DNA of 64,000 nt, taken from Caecitellus pseudoparvulus (lineage: Eukaryota; Protista; Bigyra: Bicosoecida). The notes beneath the pieces were generated by a model. It was given only the letters and a program-made list of their open reading frames with translations, was not told the DNA's origin and did not search any database. The stretch is from assembly GCA_965644315.1 (NCBI GenBank), contig CBFFRQ010000029.1, forward strand, positions 1 to 64,000, written 5' to 3'. Numbering within the stretch: the first letter of the stretch is position 1; every line of letters begins with the position of its first letter. Below are positions 48,302-60,300 of this stretch, piece after piece. The position numbers and the translations under genes were made by a program.

Positions 48302-51300
48302 TTAGCAAGGAGAGCCCTTGCCGTAGTACTTGGTGAGGCGCTCAGGATAGCCTTGGCCAGGTGGCAAGCGAGGGTCCAGGCGTGCTCCGATGGTGTCACG
48401 GTTGGGGAGGTTGACCGCCTCGTCCACTGGCGTCCAGAACAGGACACACTCACGGATGCGGCGCCGGACCAGGCCACGGGCAATGCACCCTGATGCCTTG
48501 ACAAACAGGTTGAACGTGCCACGGCAGACGTACTTGTAGTTGTCTGAGCGGAAGGGCCACCCAGAGTCAGTCCCAGGCCCGGCGAAGGAGCCCACGTTGA
48601 AGAAGCCCGAGACGAGCGCTGAGAACTGATTGGCGTTCAGAGTGCGTCCACTGAAGAACCGGCGGACAGTCGCTTCGCTCTTATCTTGGACGTGCTTCTT
48701 CAGGTTGGCACGAGCCTCGGCGTCGGTCCAGCAGCACTCGGCGCTGCGGCAGTCGTCTCGGATCCTCCGGGCCTTGGCGACATCGCCCTGGCCCTTGCCA
48801 TGGTAGATGACGTTTCCATAGCCTTGCGTCACGACCCATGGGTGATCCGCCGCGCCGATGAAGGGGCAGTGGTGCTTCACGCCACCGTAGTAGAAGATGC
48901 CAGCTTCCCCCTCCTCTTCCAGAATGAGTTGCAGCCCTGCATCGTTGAGTGAGAAGAGGGACAAGTCTGTGCTGGCACCGCAGCCGCCAGAGTGGCAGTT
49001 GTTGCCTCGGCCTGCGCACAGGTCCCGCACATTCTTCGCATCATCCTCGTTGTACGCCGCCAGACCCTGTGAGGCAGCGCCGCCTTGTGAGCACGTCGCA
49101 CTGCCAGTCGTGGTCGTGCCAGAGTTTGAGCTAGGGTCAGGTGTAGCACTGGGTGAGGGCGTCGTGGACGGCGCCGACGTAGAGCTGGAGGAAGGGGCGG
49201 GTGTTGAGGTTGGTGTGCGGCTGGGAGAGGGCCGCCTCGCGGCAGGCGAAGAGGAGGGCGCGGCGGTGCCATCCACCCCAACGCCAAGGAACGTCCAGGC
49301 AGCCTTGATGCCAGCCTCAATGCCATTCCCTGCTGCTGCATCGTACGCTGGCTGCAAGTCTCGTGCGCGGTTGCGGTGTCCGGGGTGGTACTGCAGGTGC
49401 GGTCCGTCAAAGAAGCTCTTCCAGTCCCCGCCCCATTCAGTGAAGCCATTGGCCTTGCCGACAGCGCCAAGGCGGGCCCACGGGTGACCATTGTCCCAGT
49501 CAGGGCGCCCTGTGGCAGAGTTGTAGAAGATGATGTCACACGCAAGGCCGTAATTGTGCCATGACCCGCCGGCAGTGACCTTGGAGTTGCCTCGTTGGTA
49601 CGCAGCATTCTGGTCGGCATGGCTGCGGTAGCACTCGAACACATACGGTGAGTACCCCTCCGCTTGCAAGTCCAGGACGGTCTCAATGGCCATGCGCCTC
49701 ACATCAGGGTGCACCAACGGGTCGTCCAGCTTGCCACGAGGGTCGAATGCGGGGTGGTTGGTGTTGGCAACTGTCGTGCTGCTGGGCGTCACTGCAGGCG
49801 TGGAAGACGCTGAGGCAGCTGGTGGCGTGGAGGCGCTTGGGGGAGAGCTCGGCGACGTGGTCCCCGAGCCAGACACCCCGATGGACAAGTGAGTCCACAC
49901 GGCCTGCAGCTTGGACAAGATGGAGCCCGTCTGCCCGTTGTACACGGGAATCAGGTCGCGGGACCGCCCAGTGAAGCCAGGGTGGTACTCCAAGTGCGGG
50001 CGGTCCTTGAAGCTGGTCCAGTCTCCGCCCCACACCGTGAAGCCCGCCTGCTTGCCCAGAGCGCCCACCCGATCCCACGGGTGCGACTCCGCCCACGATG
50101 GGTCTCGGCCGTTTGAAGCATAGAAGATGAGGTCGATGGCCAGCCCGTAGTTGTGCCAAGACTGCCCTGCCCTTGCTTGCGTCACGCCACCCTGGTTGTA
50201 CAGCTGATCCTGCCGAGCCCAGCTGCGGTAGGCTTCGAACACATACGGGTCGTAGCCTTCGTTCTGCAGCAGGGTCGCAGTGCGCAGCGCCAGGCGCTTC
50301 ACCTCGGGGTGCACTTCGTCCACAACCAGCACGCCACGTGGGTCATGGTCCTTGACAGGGCGCTGCCTGTTGTTCTGGAAAGGCTCGCAGGCACTGGTAG
50401 GGGACTGGCGGTAGTATCCAGTCACACACTCACAAGTGTCTGTCTGTGGGTCCTTGTACTCGTACTGGCTGGGGCAGCCACCATTGCTGCCGCCACCAGG
50501 CAGGGTCTTGTCTGGCCCGCCTTGGCTACCGCCGCCGGTCGAGCCAGCAGCTGGGCTGCACTGTGGACCGTTGGGCACGTACAGATCATCGCTGGGCGCA
50601 AAGGCGTCATCCTGGAAGAGGGGGTCCCCAAGCGGGTCGTTGGGGTCACTGCCTGTGCCTGTCTGTGCGCAGTTGTTGTTGCCGTTTTGCCCTGCGGCGC
50701 CGCTTTGTGTGGAAGTGTAGGATACGCCCCAGAAGCTGTTGGCAAAGAAACTCCCATCATCGGCGCTGTAGAACGTGCCAAACGCCTGGTCGTAGTCGTA
50801 GAAGCCCCAATCAGCTGTGCCAGAGCCCTCTCGGGACGACTGCGCGGGCGCATCCTGGGCATCGAAGCCGTCAGGCGTGCCGAACAGCCAGCCGCCTCCT
50901 TGAGCGGCGAGCCACTGAGGGGGCTGGTTGGGATCGAAGGGGTAGTGGGCGCCACCAGGCGGACCTGACGCTGCCGCATCGAAGTCGGCGTCGAAAGGCC
51001 CAGGCTGGGCGGCAGAGCCAGTAGATGCTGCGGCATTGGGCTGGTCGCCATTGACTTCATGGGGGTCGGTGGTGAACTCAAATGCAGTTTCTCCAGGTGC
51101 GAACTCATCTTCCTGGGTGTACGAGGGCTGGTTGGCGTCCCCTGGCCCAAGCATCCAGTCAAAGAGGCCAAGGTTGCGAGCATTGTTCCTGACAACCTGG
51201 CGCCGCAGTGCCTCCTCGGCCAAAGCCCGCCTGGAGGGCAGACCCGGCACACCCTCAAAGATGTCGTCATCTTCCAGGAGACCCTCGAATACGTCATCAT

Positions 51301-54300
51301 CTACGGACGGGTTGTTCGTGCTGGGGGTGGACAGCTGGGCATCCTTCCAGCCACTGAATGCGGCATCGGCAACCGAGATGGAGCTGCGCAGATCCTTGGC
51401 CTCCTGCACAGCGTGACGAAGGGACATGTCTTCGAACGCCTCTCCCCACAGACCACGTCCAGCAGCCTCCAATTCGACCTTCCGCGCCTGTGTGGGGCTG
51501 TTCGGCTCGTTGCTCTCGCTGAAGTCATCTGCTGAAGCCTCCAGCATGGCGTCCGACTGGTCACTCGCTGCGGTGAAGCCGTCTCGACTGGCGGCTCCGC
51601 TGAGTTCACTGAAGCGCTCAGGGGCCTCAGACCCTGCGCCAGAAAACATCTTACACTTGGAAGCCCACCTTGCATAGGCCCCGCACAAGCTGGGGGACTG
51701 CACCTGCCAGTGGGCCGCGCCGTGCTTGTCCACGGGGTACGCAGCGCGTGGCTTCTCCACAAGGCATGCCTTGCCCGCAGCCGCGTCAGCTACGCGCACC
51801 GCTCCCACCAATTCTACGCTAGTCGGGCAGCCGCAAGCACCGTCGCGAGGCAAGCCTTCACGTGGAACGAGTTCCAGCGCAGAGAACACGCCAGGGGACG
51901 GGTTCGCGTCTTCCACCAGGCGGCGGCGGCCCAGGGTCAAGAGCGGGTTCACGGTGCCGAGCAGTTGCTCCACGTTGTGGTTCCATCGCAGCTGGAAACC
52001 CAGGATCGATGCGCCGTACACGTCACTGAGGGCGACTTTTGGAGAGAAGGCGTACTGTACGAGCCCATGAGCAAAGGCTTGCTGCGCCGGCGTGCCGGCC
52101 GCGAAGGAGCTCGCGGTGCTGGTGCTCTTCTCCACAATCACGTGGGTGCGCGCCCAGCCATGTGCAGTGAGGGCTGCATGAGCCCCAGGCGCAACAGTGT
52201 CTTCGTGCGCCAGGAACGCTATGCCCTGGGACAAGTAGCCCTTGCCGAAGGCGTCCACAGGTTCGGGGTCTTTCGGGCGGACGCGGCTGTCATCGCGCAG
52301 GCCACACAGTCCATTCATGGCCAGAGACGCATGCTCCGCAAATGGCCGGAACAGTGTCGTCACGCTCATGTCGGGCGGAGTCCAAGCTGCCGCAGCAGCC
52401 TCTGCAGCCACCTCTGCGGCGCGCTTGTCCGCGATGGGCCATGCTGGGAGCAGTGCCGAAATGCCTGATGGGTCTGGCCCCCGAACGGACAGAGTGTTTG
52501 TGGTGCCCGCGGCATTTCCCGCGGACAGGGGCAGGGGAGGCAGGTCATCGATCGTCTGGTTGCCCTCGACGAATGCTGACGCGGGCAGTGAATCTAGCCA
52601 CGCCTGATGGGCCGTCTCCATGTGGGATTTGAACAATGCGGCACGCTCTGTGGCGATCCAGCTCCCCATGGCAGAGCTCAGAGCCTTCCACGCAGCAGTT
52701 TGCAGCAGAGGCAGGTCTGCAGCACGCTCAGAGAGGGCTATGCCAGGCACGGCAGAGACACTGCTGAGGGCTTCAGGCAGCAAGCACTTAACATCATCTG
52801 CAAGCTGATGCACGACGCGGTTCAGGGAGGGCAGGTGGCACACTGCGGCGGGCTCTGCGACTGCAACGTCCTGCACCGACCCAGTCTGCTGGCCAGATGT
52901 GCGGGCCTTGTCGAAGTGAGAGCCATGCATGACGTGGCCAACACGCACGGCGTTGGTCAGCGGCATGCTGGGCAGCTTCACCGAGCGGGAGGGTGCCTTC
53001 ATCAGGCGATCCGCAATGCCAGGGCGCATGGGCACAGCAAGAGCACCGGAAGCGTCTGGGCTGGCGCCAGCTTCACCCTTCAAACAGAAGCCAAGCACTG
53101 CGCCCGAGCCAGAGGCTGTGGAACACGCCTCAATTTCTGTCCGCACCTCCATGCCATAGCCACTGACTCCATGGTTGAAGATCGCCTGCAGCCCACGGCC
53201 GTGGGTGCGCAGTGTGGCACCTGGGCCGTACAGCTCCTCCACACTGAATGCCGGGTGGGGAGTGGCCTTCCGCCGCAAGCCACGCTGGCCTGCCCGCGCA
53301 ATCGCAGCGCTGGAGCCAGCATCAGCAACCCCACCCCAGAACGTTCGGGACGTGTCAAGGAATGGGTTGAATGCGTCGTCAGATGCGCTGGCATCCTCCC
53401 ACGGCCACGCTTGGTCCAGGTCGCCGCCACGCACGCGCACGTTGCCTGCAGGTGCGGGCTGACCCACGTTGGGGTCCGACGTGCTGGCGCCGTTAGCGGT
53501 GGCGTCGTCTGCGACCCACCATTGGTCATCCCCGGCCCCAGACCCAGAGGACGCACCCGAGTCGTCATCGATGAGGTCAAACTTAGCAGTCCCATCGTCG
53601 TCACCAAACTGGAACGTGTCGTCAGACCCATCGGTTGCCCAGACGCCCCAGTCGTCGTCAGTCCACGTGTGCGAGGGGTCATCGCCAAACAGACTCGTGC
53701 TTGCGTCGTCATCGTCAAAGCCCTGCTGCCCGAAGTCGTCGCTGGACCACTTAAAGTCATCTGAGCTGTACGCAGACGTCGCATCCTTGGTGTTCCACCA
53801 GTCATCATCCACTTGATCGTCAGGAATCGTGCTGGTCCCGATGCCTTCGTACGAGCTGCCGCTGCCGAACAGGCCCGTGAACGGACTGCCGTCGTCAGTG
53901 GTCAGCCCGAACGCATCGTCATTGGGTTCGACACACATGTTACCATCCTGGACGTAAGGTGCCTTGCACACGCACCGGCCCTGGTCATGGTCAAACTCTG
54001 CGTTCTCAGGGCATGCACCAAGCTCGTCCGTCCCCAGGGTGCTGTTGGAGCCATCAGGGACGGCGCCCGTTGCGTCAAGGTTGTAGGGGTTGCGCATGCA
54101 CAGGCCCTCGACTGGAATGTCGCCAGGCTCAGGGCAGTCGCAGCTGCCAAGCTGAGCATCGTAAGTTCTTCCATGAATGCAGTTTGTGGCGGCAGCCTTG
54201 TCCTCTTCGCAGCTGCTGGAGATGGTGACGGTGCCGGAGAAACTCGTCGAGTTTCGCGTGATGAGGATGTGGCCCGCGTGGCACACACACGAAGCAGACT

Positions 54301-57300
54301 TCTCATCAAAGTACGAATCGTCTGGGCACTCGTACGACGGGTACAGGGATGCCAGCAGGCTCTGCGCTTGGGGCACTGTCGATGCCGGCGCGCACTCGAA
54401 GTCGTGCATCTTGAAGCCAGTCGCACAGACGCAGCTCCCAGCCCTGGGGTCCCAGTACGCGTTCACAGGGCACTGCACGATCTCACGCGACGGTCTGCGC
54501 TCCTTCACGCAGCTGCCGTGGGCCAACACAAAGCCAGGCAGGCAGCCACACTCGCCATCAACAGAGCGCCGCCCAGGTGGGCACGCCTCGCACGGCCAGC
54601 CAGCAGCTCCGTCGTACTTGTACCCCAGGTTGCACTCACACCGGCCTCCCACCACGCTGCCATGCTGAGCTTGCGTACAGTCCTTGCAGGTGCCGCCGTG
54701 GGCAGCCTGGGAGCTGGATGAACATGCGCACTGTCCACTGGTCGTGTCCAGGGACATGCCGCTGCCACACATGGAGGACGTGTCTGGCAGGGAGTCCAGC
54801 GGAGCGCAGCCGGCATCAGTCATTTCGTACCCAGTTGAGCACACACACACGCCGTCTTCCTCCCGAGAGTTGGGTGGGCACTGGATGCACTGCGCGTCCC
54901 GGTCCCGAATGAAGCCGTTGTTGCACACGCACACCCCTCCGTCCTTGTGGGAGTTGTCAGGGCAGGGCAGGCACTGGCCACCAAAGTTGGCGTACGGGCC
55001 AGTGCAAGTGCACATGCCAATACCAGCTTGGTATTCGGAGTTGGGTGGACACACGACCGTCACATTCGTGGATGGGGTGTTGGGGTTGGCCTGCAGACTC
55101 ACACACTGTGCGTTGATCATGGTGTACCCATCCACGCAGACACAGTTGCCGCCCTTGACCACTTGGTGCTGTCCACAAGCGACACACAACCCAGACACCG
55201 GAGACTTCACAAACCCAGGTTCGCACACGCACGTTCCGCGCACCTCAGTGCTGTGTGCAGGGCACAGGTTGCACACGCCGCCGGACATGTAGTAGCCATC
55301 GTCACAGAAACAGCTCTGGGCCGCGGGCGAGTACGAGGAAAAGTCGGGGCAGTGTGTCTCATTGGCAGGGGCCCACGGCTCCCAGAACACACTGCCCTCT
55401 GGAGGAGGCATGCACATACCCCCTCGCATGTGGGGTCCCACGAATGCATCTGGGTTGCCGTAGTAACCACGGCACTCGCAGACGCGATCACTGTCCCACC
55501 TGGCGTACTCCGGGCAGCGTGCACACTGACCTACAGCTGTGGGCTGGAAGTTCTCGTCACACAGGCAGTGACCGTCCACCGCCGTGGACCCGGGCGGGCA
55601 AGGGGCACACACGCCATCCACCCGACTGTACCCATCCCGACACTTGCACACCCCGCCAACTTCGCGGGAGTTGCTTGGACAGGGCAAGCACATGTCACCC
55701 TGCATGACCAGGCCTTCCACACAAACACACGTCCCAGCCATGCCGTCTTCTGAGAACAGAGCGTACGCGTTGGCAGGGCAGGCGAGGCCGCCAGAGTTCG
55801 CGGCGCCCTGCACGGCCACACACTCCCCATCCTCAGCGCGGGCGAAGCCGCCAATGCACTGACACTGGCCTGCTGCACCATCATAGTAAGCGTACGCACC
55901 ACAGTCGTGCTTTGTGGTACCCTCGCCTTGCCCACCGCCAGCGGCTGCGTTGGCGCACTGGCCGTCTGTCAGCTTGATATAGCCGTCGATGCAAGTGCAC
56001 TTGGCGTTGATGGGGGACCAGAAAGCATAAGGGACGCACCTTGGATCAACTGCAGAGACACACTGCCGCTCAGGGGTCATGATGAAGCCAGCGTTGCACT
56101 TGCAGCGGCGGATGGCGGCGTCGAATGCCGAGTTGTCAGGGCATGCCGAAGGGTCAGTTTGAATGGGGGTTGGTGTGATGGACGGAGCTGGTCGATCCGA
56201 CACCACCGGCGACGCAGAGGCAGAGGCAGCAGGACCACCGTTGCAGGTGTTGAGCACTCGGCGCAAGTTGACTGGGCCAGATGGAGGGGGGAGAGCAGCT
56301 GGGGCAGGGGCAGCAGCGGGCGCAGGGCCCCCGAGCTCACGGCGACGGCTGCCTCCATCAAAGCGAGCCTCAATAAGCGCCCAAGCAGCCTGCAGGCCGC
56401 TCAAGCTGTCGTCCAGGATGAGGTTCTTCCACTCACGAGGACTGCCGTCGATGTTGGGGTGGAACTCGACGTGAGGCCTGTCCTTGAAACTGCCCCTGAA
56501 GTCCAGCCCAGCGAGGGTGAAGCCGTACTCGTAAGACAAGTCAGCGTAGCGGCGCCACCAAGCCTCGGGAACAGTGCTGGGGTCCCAGCTGCTATCACGC
56601 ATGTACACGTCGATGGCAAGCCCGTACTGGTGCCACGAGGAGCCGCACCGTGCCTTAGAAGCCCCTGATCGGTACGCGGCTTCCTGGTCTGCACACCCTC
56701 GCCAGCAGTCCACAACCATGGACCTCATGCCTTCCTCCTGCAGGCGATTGAGGAGGAGCGTTGCACGTTTCACCACCTCGGGGTGGCACTTGGGGTTGTC
56801 CAGGGGCTTGCGGCTTGATTGGATGGCACCTGAACCGGTGTACGTGCCAAGTTGCGGGTTGGGCTTCGCTGCTGCTGATGGGGACGCGGCTGTGTTCATG
56901 CGCCAGGAGAGGGCAGCAGGGCTAGGCGTGGGCGACGGCGCACAGTTGGAGGGTGAGCTGCAGCCGTCTGAGGGGGTAAATGGGAACCACCCAGGCTGTG
57001 GGCAGAAGATGGAGTTGCCTTCGCCGTCGTCGGTGTTGCAAGACCAGGGGAAGGACCAGGTGTAGCCGCCATCGTCGGTCTGGAGGACTCCCGTGGAAGT
57101 TGGCGTGTCATCTTCACAGTCATCTTCACACTCGCCGGCAGCAGGTTGCGTCATGGGAGGACCTGCCCACGGTGTCTCTGGCTCGTTAGGGTCCCATTTC
57201 ATGTAGTTACAGTTCCCGGGCCGCTGGTACCGGCAGAAGATGTTGCGCATGTTGGCCTGAGCTCGAGACGCCAAGAAGGACACCAGGGCACTCTTGTAAA

Positions 57301-60300
57301 AAGCGTAGTACTCCTGGCGGGCGCCTCGGTCGCAGTTGACACAGGCTTCTTGGACACTTCTGATCGCCTGCAGGTCGCAGTCGGCTGGCGCGCCTTTGGG
57401 GAAGCCATCGGCAGGCGACGCCATGAGCGCCATTTCGGTCATCTGGCCGTAGGCGCTGTCCACTTCCAGGCGCAGCATGCTGGCGTTCACGTTGTAGTTC
57501 CACAGAAGCTGGAAGGCCTCTAGGGTCTTGCTCTGCACGTTCTTGATACCCGGGAAATTGGTTGGCACGTTGAAGTGCCCAGGATCATACGCAACTTCCA
57601 CCCAGCGACCCCCTTGCGCAGCCGTTGTTCTCTCCAAGAAGTATGGCTTCCAGCCAGTCCAACTGGCGTGGTCCATGTCCAGGGCACGCCCCGATTGGTG
57701 AGCAGATCGGCCTGGCGATCCCACGGGCGTGTTGGGCCGAATGCCGCAACCTGAGTGTTGATTGCCTGGGTGGCCCGGGGTGTTGCCTAGGAACTTCCAC
57801 CTCCGGAGGACCTGTTGCTGTGCTGCCGAGCGCAGGGCCGAGTTCACCTGGATCACGATGTTGCGGTTGGAGGCATCCACACTTCGCCGATACTCGATCT
57901 TCTTCTTCAACGCATCTGCCGTGGCCTTTTGCAGGTACGGGTTTTCCTTGGCAGAAGGCTCCAGCGACAGCATGTTTGCAACAGGGTGGTGGTTTGTGGC
58001 ATCCTTGTCGATGTTGGAGAAGATGTTGCCGCTAACGCATACCAGCATGCCAATAAGCTGCTGCGTCAAGCCTTTCACGATGACGCCAGAGCCACACTTC
58101 TCGTCCTCGCCAGGGCACCTGTAGCACTCATCCGTCGCCTCTTGCAACGTCTTGCCCCAGCGCAGGTCGTTGCTGTGTCGCCACACCATCTCCGCCCGTC
58201 GGCCATGTACGGCCCTCATGATGCGACGAGCGCCGGTGTCTTCCAAAGCCTCCACTTCCGCGTCTGACAGCTTATGCTCTACCAGGCGCACGCTGCCGTC
58301 GGGCTGGGTAACTGAGCGAAGCTCACGCCGGGTGCGCTTCTTCGCCTCCACAGCAGCCATGTGAGCGAGAGTTTTAGCCGAGTCGCCTGCACGGGAGAGG
58401 ATTTCCATGTTCTCTGCATCCAACTTGCGGCGGGGGTCAATCTGTGTCTCGCGGAAGCGCTTGCGGTAGGATGCTGCCTGGTCCATGGCATCAAAGTCCA
58501 CCATAAGTTGCGCTGTCTCCCTCTCAAGCACGTACTGCTCCACCGTCATCCCATCAGGCACGAGCACAACTTGCCCCAAGGCGGGGGACGAGATGCCTGA
58601 CGTGAGCAGGGAGCCAGGCACTTGCACCGTGACCGTCGTCGTGTTCAGGGGCTCAAAGTCAGGGATGGAAGGGAGCGTGATTGACAGGCGATTGGGGGAG
58701 TGGCGCCTGAAAACAGCAGCACCAGGCACTTCTGCATCTGGGCTGATCACGTCCGATGGCCCCCGGGCAGCTGTCAGCTGCTCGGACTGGGAGTCAAGGC
58801 CTGACGCCAGGACGGGGGGGAACACCCGAGACACTCGAGGGGCCCCCAGGATTGCCCCGTACATGCGAGTCAAGTCTGCACTGGCCATGTGGTTGAGAGC
58901 TGCAGAGGCGTTGTGCGCAAGGACGTACGCCCTGCTGGACTCGAGGAGTGCGCCACCAGACGCAGCGCCGGAGAGGGACGCATCCACGGTCAAGTTGAAG
59001 GCTGGGAAGGCATCACCTGGCTTGAAGCCAGCTGGCAGCAGTGGTTGGATGCTGAAGAGAACAGGCATGCGGTGCAGGGGTTGCGTGGCAGCAGGGTCTT
59101 CGCCGAGCGGGGTCCAGAACAGGATGCACTCGGCGTGGCGCCGCTTCACCATGCCGCCGGCAATCGTGCTGCCCGATCGCGACAGGGTCCACTTGCGGAA
59201 TTCACTGCAGACCCGATCGTAGTGCCCTGCTCGAAGTGCCCGCTGAAGGGACGAAGTTGCAGGGTTGGAAAACCGGTGGCAGCCGAGAGAGAAGACGAAC
59301 GAGACCAAGGCTGAGAACTGGTTGGCGTTCAGCGGCACATCCCCAGCATATCGCCGCACACACGCCTCTGCTTGGCCAATGTCGTCTACGAGCCACGCAT
59401 CCATCTGGGGTTCCTTCGTGAAGTCGTAGCCATCGTAGTGCGCGTCCCGGGCAGTCTTGTGCTCGGCAATGACGTGGCCATACCCGATGCTGACCATGCC
59501 GGGGGGGTCGTATGCCCCAAAGAAAGCGTACGGGGTCCAGCCCTCAAAGTGCCGGATGAGCTCCACGCCTCGTGGCGTCGTCCAGAGCCTATCATAGTCC
59601 GTGGTGGACCCACTGCCTCCAGCACCGCACGCCTCCCCACGTCCACCACACGAATCAGTGTACGCTGTGGCATTGTCAAAGGGCAGTGTGCCATTGACAC
59701 CGTGCACAACTCCAGCAGCAGGTGCCGCGTACGACACAGCGCCAACGACAGGCGGCACCCCGCTGCGGAGGCCTGTGGGGGCAGAGCTCACCGAGGGGTC
59801 GGCAGGCGGCGCTTCCAGCTGCCAGAATGGCACGATGATGGTTGGGTCTGGAGCGGCAGCAGCCTGCAGTGCGCGTGGGGCCTGGCGGGAGCTCGACAGT
59901 GCCTGCGCCCGCTCAAGGTTGTGCTGCGCGTATCCCGGGGAGACCAGCAGAGCACGGCGTGAGCGGCTGGAGGTGCAGCGTGGCGTGGACAGAGACGCAG
60001 GTGCAGTCGTGTTGGCCAAGATGTGTGCCACGACGAAGGTGTCTCGCCCGACTGGGTTGCGCGGGACGGACTCCCGCCAAGACGCGTCCGTGTCTCGGAT
60101 GAAGCGGAGGGTGGGCGCGTCTCTGTCAGGTGTCGCGACAGGGGTCCAGAACAGGATGCACTCCAAGTGGCGCTGCAAGACGAGGTCATCGTCAAAGCAA
60201 GAAGCCTCGGTGTTGATGTACGTCATCATGCGCGCACACACGTTGCTCCAATCGCCAGTTGCCATGGTCTCCTGCAGGTGGGCGTCAGGCCACACGCTGC

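Noticed and set aside
57390-58125. Hedgehog signalling domain or vancomycin-resistance VanY
   Set aside because: Shares the fold and motif only; the lysozyme, M15C and PG-binding context points to cell-wall hydrolysis.
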